In this document: piece by piece, positions 58,717-64,000 of the stretch | Position numbering within the stretch: the stretch's first letter is position 1 | Layout: each line of letters begins with the position of its first letter | Assembly: GCA_963693365.1 (NCBI GenBank) | Contig: CAVNZM010000013.1 | Coordinates: 457,317 to 521,316, forward strand | Length of the DNA: 64,000 nucleotides | Source of the DNA: Amoebidium appalachense | Lineage: Eukaryota; Protista; Ichthyosporea | Direction: 5' to 3' | Translations under genes and position numbers: made by a program | The notes under the pieces: model-generated | The model's database searches: none | The model's input: the letters and a program-made list of their open reading frames with translations, nothing else | Told to the model about the DNA's origin: nothing

Positions 58717-60299
58717 GGTGGTGGGTGTGTGGGTGGGGTGGAGTGGTGGTGGTTTGGCTTGAAGCTTTAGTGTATGTGATCGCGAGTTTGAAGTGTGGCG
58801 GAGTTTTGTCGGCATTCTGCACGAGAGAGCCGTTTTTAATATACGCGCATTGCCCCGTGCTCAAACGGGCAGCGGCTCACAATCACTCTGGCATTCGGCA
58901 ACATGGTAAAGAATAAACATCAAGTAGATTGGCTCAAATCGATGTGTCCGCCCGGCCGGGCGGCGGGTGCATGCGCGGGGACGGAAGGGCCGAAGGGAGA
59001 GGAAGGGAAGGGGAGGGGAGGGGGCGCGCGCGGGTGGGTGGATGGGGGTGGGGGTGGGGGTGGGGGGGGGGTGAGGGGGTGGAGGAGGAGGGATAAGGAG
59101 CTTATCCGTTCCAAATTCTAGCTGCTATAATATTAGTGTGTGCAGGAGTAAGTTCTGAACAGTTGACATGCATGTAGCCTGCAGGACATGCTCTGTTGGT
59201 CTAATATCATGCACATACTTTATCAGTCGGCGCCACGCAATCATCGACAGGCAGGCTGCGAGTTGCAAGTATCTGTTTGAAACTTTGAACACGCCGGCGC
59301 ACCCTCAGGTAAGTTATATTCAACAAATGTTTGAAGAACCTATTCGTTTATTCGTTCTGTTTGTTCCCTTGCGTCAATTTGCGTGCATGGCATCATGCCC
59401 CTAAATAGCAGCACAACGGAATTCCAGATCGATAAAAATTTGGTTCAGGAATGCTGCGGTAGTCACTGGCTCACTGTACCTGGTGCCAGACTCCAGCAGT
59501 GCGGGCTTACCCAATTCCCATCCATGCCGGTTCTAATTTACACAACAAGGTAGGCAAAAACTCTAGAACAACTACATATGGTGCACATTACCGCTTTCTA
59601 ACTTTTTTTTACTTTGGCGTAGGGCTGTACAGAGCTGCCCGAGCGAGATCACGTGACCTCGCCCGCACTGGGATGATAGGCAGGCGCACCCGGCTCACGG
59701 CAGCCAGATTGGCCATCGCTCTCACAAGCACAGGCGCAATACAGACTCTCAGCAGCTCTGTGTGAGTCCCGTCACCGCCCCTCACACTAAGTGCCTCGTT
59801 CCCCTTTTTCCCTCTTGTTCCTTAGTCCCATGTACCACTAGCTTAGGTAGAGCGCACGTATGGACAGTTGGAATGCTTGCATGATCGTTCGACGGGCTCC
59901 CAATCAGATCTTGAATAGCAATCTTGTAACTCTAGTACGTGATATGTAGCCACTCATCAAAAGCGACGACGATGCGGGCACTTTGCACCTTGTCCTCGGA
60001 CCTGCAAGGTGCACTGCCCACCGTATACACCTTTAGGTGGGCAGATATTTCCCGTTTCGGTCTTTACATAACGCTTTAAGTAGAAAAATAAGTCTTCTGC
60101 ATTGCACAACTAAATTAGCATTCTGCTTGAGGATTCTTTTGCGGGATAACAAAAAGTAGACGATAGTGTGCAGATAGAAACAGCCTGAGGCCTACCTGGT
60201 AGAATCAGTAACAAATTCAATTTGCAAGTAACAACCTAATCCAATCAAATATAAACCTCGTCGATGCATAATTACCGAGCCAAACCAAGCCACGGCGAC

Positions 60300-60307
60300 T
60301 ATAAATA
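60300..60307 (+). promoter_or_regulatory. TATA box of Cys-rich gene copy B
   Basis: TATAAATA about 100 bp upstream of a CCACCACC-ATG start. Confidence 0.55.
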
Positions 60308-60401
60308 TGCTTCCTACTTCACAAACAACGTCAGAACTCAACGATCACAATCTCCTTGGTGCCAGCGAACCCAACCCACTTCACCCAACCCACCCACCAC
60401 C

Positions 60402-60839
60402 ATGAAGGTCATTCTGTTCGCCGCTGCGCTGGCTGTTGCCTCGGGCCGCACCACCCACCCCCGCACACAGAACTACGTCAGCGAATGGGACGCCTCCAAC
60501 GCAAACGTTAGTGCGTGTCCTGACCAATACGACGTTTTGAGCAACAGACGGTGTGCGCGCTGGATGGGCCACGAGGTGTTCGACAAGTGCACGGTGGATG
60601 TGTGCTGCGTGCAGCAGACACTTGCACTTGCACGGCGGCAGGCTGAGGTTGCAGATGGCGGCGAGGAGGATGATGGGCTCGAGAGCGGAACCGTGACGCC
60701 CCATAACTGCAAAGACTGGTTCTACGCCACATACACCCACTGCCCCCCAGACACGTGGCCCACCGACTCCATGCCCCGCCTGCCCTACGCCAATAAGAAG
60801 GTGCCCGTCTGCTCGGTCGAATACTGCTGCAGGGTTTAG
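60402..60839 (+). CDS. Secreted Cys-rich precursor, copy B (145 aa, intronless)
   Basis: MKVILFAAALAVASG signal; strong identity to copy A along the whole length; intact ORF. Confidence 0.88.
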   Translation: MKVILFAAALAVASGRTTHPRTQNYVSEWDASNANVSACPDQYDVLSNRRCARWMGHEVFDKCTVDVCCVQQTLALARRQAEVADGGEEDDGLESGTVTPHNCKDWFYATYTHCPPDTWPTDSMPRLPYANKKVPVCSVEYCCRV

Positions 60840-61429
60840 TGTTTACGAGGATTAACATTCAAACTCCTTAGTAGTGCAACGATTTTTGATATAATTTCTA
60901 GCAATAGATAAATGTGACCACAAAGTGCATAATGGCCAAGTGTTTAAATGCCACATATTAAGGGTTTTTCAGAAGAGAAAGGGCTTCCTCTTGTATTATA
61001 TATAAGACCAAAACTTCATGTGGTTCATACATACAGTTGACCGGGTGGAAGACGGCGATCGGAAACGTGCTCGCATACAGCCACTACTACCCCGACTGTT
61101 GTAATACGTAATATTTACATATGGTAAGATCTTCTCAGTTTGTGTTATGTTTCAGTTCATATGCTTAGTGTAAATGCCACACTCCTATTATGTAAAGTGT
61201 AGCATCGATCTCCGATATAACATGCTTGTATACTTGTAATCGTGTTGTATCGGCTCCAATCGTGTATCATGGTGATATCGATTAGAATATTTATATGTGT
61301 GTACACGGATCCACAGCAGGCAATATCATCGTGCTGCTCCAGACTTATCTTCCATGCTGAGCATCGGTTGTATTTGCGCCCCACTACAATGTTAATATCG
61401 GGGGGCTCAAGCCCGGTGTTGGATCACTG

Positions 61430-62199
61430 ATGGATCCAGTGATCGAGGTAAGAATGCCAAGTATCTGGGTCGGGATGGGGGACTTTTTCCTTGAGGTTGT
61501 TGGGGTGCACCCACTGAGCAAATGGCTGAGCAACCCTCAGCCTAGCGAGCGGTACTTTGTTATGGTGCTAGGCGAACCCGCGCATCGTTCATGCATCGTC
61601 ATAGACAGGGAGTTGAAAGTCGTGGAGTATTTCAACCACCAGAAAAGAGCAAACCACATCCACCAGGCCCTCGAGAGTGTTCTCAAACTCTATGACCCGG
61701 CCTCAACCGGGCTGGAGAATTATGAACACACAAGCGTTTGCAACGATTTGCAGCTGCAGAACTGGACGCATGAGGTTTCGTTCGAGTTCCAGGACCCTAA
61801 GTCGATTGGGCCTGTGCGTCCTGGTGGCCCGTATACGTGCTCCTGCGGACCTCACGGTCACCGTGGCTATCCAAGAACCTAGGCAACAGGTCTGTCGGCA
61901 GCCTCGTCTGTGACTACATCACCAAGAATTTTGCCCAAAGCAACGGCTTTCGGACGGTCTACGACATTGGACGCACTTTGTCACTTCTTGGCAAACGCGT
62001 GGTCGAAAAGTACCAGGACGTCATTGCCGCCATGCTGCCCGGGCTCGCGCAGCCTGTCCCGTACGAGCTAGTCATGCACTATGCCCTCAACAAGACGATC
62101 GTGCTTAATGACGACGAGCTCATGGCCATCGGCCTGCCGGGGCACAGAGACGGCGAAGATCTGGTGCAGGCGTTCAAACGTACGGTGATATATCCATGA
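61430..62199 (+). pseudogene. Frameshifted intronless ORF resembling clan CE (Ulp1/adenain-like) cysteine proteases of large DNA viruses
   Basis: AHRSCIVIDRELKVVEYFNHQ (His plus N/D strand), LQLQ, then after a 1-nt shift at about 61812 DPKSIG-x-CASWWPVYVLLR, continuing into ORF 61837-62199. Motif recall only. Confidence 0.55.
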
Positions 62200-62355
62200 T
62201 TCTCCACCCCACAGAAGTCATTCTTTCCGGTTCAAGACCCACCCTCTCAATGAGAATGATACCCCGGGATACTCGCGTACAGTCGTTGTTTATTCATCGG
62301 ATATTTGGCGTTTCGATTACCTAAGATCGAACAGGAGTTGGTGAGTGAGTCTCCT

Positions 62356-62727
62356 TCACCGGAGCGGCTCATGTCTCAGCGCCCCAGCCACCCGCGCGAG
62401 CCATGCCGTGCGGTCGTCGCCGAGGCGCCCGGCAAAGTCGGCGTAGGGCATCTGCGTCGAAAACCACTGGCCCTTCTCCTCGTTCCAGTACCGCAGCCCG
62501 TTGGCTTTCGAGACTTCCATGCGCGGGCAACGTCCGCATTCGGGAAAGCGGTTGGTGTCGGCCTCCCAGCCTGCCCCCAGCCGCTTGTCGTACAGGAGGG
62601 CCGCACAGGTCGGTGCGTCGCAGGGGGCGTCACGGTCAGCGCCAAAAACACCAGCAACGGCGTCGCGCAGCGCGAGTGCAAGGAGCATGGTCACGCACAG
62701 GGCCATGAGCAGGAGGACCAGCTGCAT
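62356..62727 (-). CDS. Small intronless protein with N-terminal signal/TM segment and Cys pairs; unknown function
   Basis: 123-aa ORF, GC-rich third positions, hydrophobic N-terminus, CxxxxC and CxxC; AATAAA downstream at 62289-62294. Confidence 0.6.
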   Translation of the reverse strand: MQLVLLLMALCVTMLLALALRDAVAGVFGADRDAPCDAPTCAALLYDKRLGAGWEADTNRFPECGRCPRMEVSKANGLRYWNEEKGQWFSTQMPYADFAGRLGDDRTAWLARVAGALRHEPLR

Positions 62728-62819
62728 TGTTACGTCACCGGCGCATAAGGGCGGAGGAATCGGTGGAAGGGGGTGAACCTTACGGGGTACAATTTGACGG
62801 TGCGAATATCCTCACATAC

Positions 62820-63251
62820 AGTGTCCGTCCGCGCATAACATAACCCGCCAACAACATAATGTCGACGCCGATTTCGAAAAAATCTTAGCATAATGACCTC
62901 GGTCATTTTCCGGGATTATGTTAGCGCAACAAGGGGTCCCATACATATAGCATAATAGTTCATAAGGCAATCAGGACCCTTATAAACCCCCATTGTTTAG
63001 TATTTCGGATTTGGTTTTGGTGTTAAAGCGGCCGCTGCCCCGCGCGCGCCAAATGCAAAGAACTTCGAGCCAATCACCAACGCAGCTCGCATTTGGCACA
63101 AACACGTCGAGGCACCAACGTCCGACTCATATACCTACACTACTTCAACGGTATCGTAGCTATACATATAGGCAGGTGGAAAGTAGTTGTTTAATGTTTA
63201 CCAATTGCAACGATCATGACCAACCAGAAGTTCAAGTGCAGGCACACACAG

Positions 63252-63282
<31 letters not shown>

Positions 63283-63458
63283 TCTTACTCAGTTGGGTGG
63301 CGGGTAGCTGCCGCGGGGAGGGGGGGGGGGGGGGGGGGGGGGCTTTACATGATTGAGACGGGCTCTGGAAGCCTAAAAAAAAACACTAATAAAAAGTTAA
63401 CATAACGACCTGGTCCACGACCCTTGTCCCCGCGGTATGTTATGCGCGGACGGACACT
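62820..63458. mobile_element. About 640-bp non-autonomous TIR element related to the 56.9-kb MITE
   Basis: Perfect 23-bp inverted repeats AGTGTCCGTCCGCGCATAACATA (62820-62842 and 63436-63458); shares the CCGTCCGCGmATAA core with the 56851 TIR; left end TA-CAG, right end degenerate. Confidence 0.72.
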
Positions 63459-63687
63459 AAAGTCCCTCGTTTGTGTCTTCGTGCCCCCGGAAGACAAACA
63501 CTTGAACTGCGGGAACTCTTTCCAGAGAAACGACATGTCCACCTTGGGGTTTTTCTTGCCGCTGGCAGCCATCCTGTGTCAGACTGGCTCGGTTTGCTCG
63601 TGTGTGCTGTTTATATACTGCCGCTCACAGGTGGATGGGTTTTCGTCATCGTTGCGTGAAGCTGAAGTGTTAATCTGCCGGTAGTGC

Positions 63688-64000
63688 ATGCACATCACGC
63701 ACGGCGACCGCTTTGTCAGCCGCAACCTCGCGCTGCTCAGCTGCCCGGTGGAATGGCCTGAGGACCTGGCCAACACGAGGCACACGGGCATGCGTCTGCA
63801 GTGGCGGCGCGAAGGCGACCTGGTCACCGCCATGCTCGGGGCCACCCGCATGTACTGGAGGGCGCTGCCCAAGGCCAACGTCGTCACGTTCAGCTACTGC
63901 CCGCTCCCGCAGCCCAACCACGTTCCCGACACGGGTCTGGCGGGCGTGCGGGTGCGTCTGCACGACACAGACCCGCCGGCCCTCCCCCCACCTCGCCCCA
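63688..64000 (+). CDS. ORF open to the window edge (MHITHGDRFVSRNLALLSCPVEWPEDL…); unknown function
   Basis: ATG at 63688, no stop before 64000, strongly G/C third positions; absent from the ORF track because it has no stop. Confidence 0.5.
   Translation, partial: MHITHGDRFVSRNLALLSCPVEWPEDLANTRHTGMRLQWRREGDLVTAMLGATRMYWRALPKANVVTFSYCPLPQPNHVPDTGLAGVRVRLHDTDPPALPPPRP

Noticed and set aside
59626-59865. Solo LTR (TGT…ACA, LTR-like composition)
   Set aside because: No target-site duplication and no second copy in the window

Overview
Eukaryotic, intron-rich nuclear DNA, probably a unicellular opisthokont such as an ichthyosporean or early-diverging fungus (inference from the gene set). Introns are packed with poly(C)/poly(G)/poly(A) runs and (CA)n/(TG)n tracts, so most ORFs in the supplied track are artefacts. 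Several exons carry 1-nt shifts in homopolymers, as expected from a long-read assembly. Spliced genes reconstructed by hand: a large disordered protein with an FGSF motif and PAM2-like EFxP repeats (699-9605, +); a 161-aa tropomyosin (-); a single-C2H2 protein whose finger is split by a GC-AG intron (-); a pRiA4b-ORF3/MM3350-like + MYND pseudogene (+); a 10-exon class C-like GPCR with an ABC-type solute-binding ectodomain (+); and two divergent secreted two-module Cys-rich precursors. A nested transposon cluster (about 16976-24582) contains a young full-length APE-RT non-LTR element. It has a 13-bp TSD, five 18-nt 5' monomers, and a defined non-poly(A) 3' end about 200 nt past an internal A-run; a 5'-truncated copy sits tail-to-tail nearby. 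Several MITEs are present. The right end holds intronless, virus-like ORFs, including a frameshifted clan CE-like protease. No database searches were run; family assignments rest on motif recognition.
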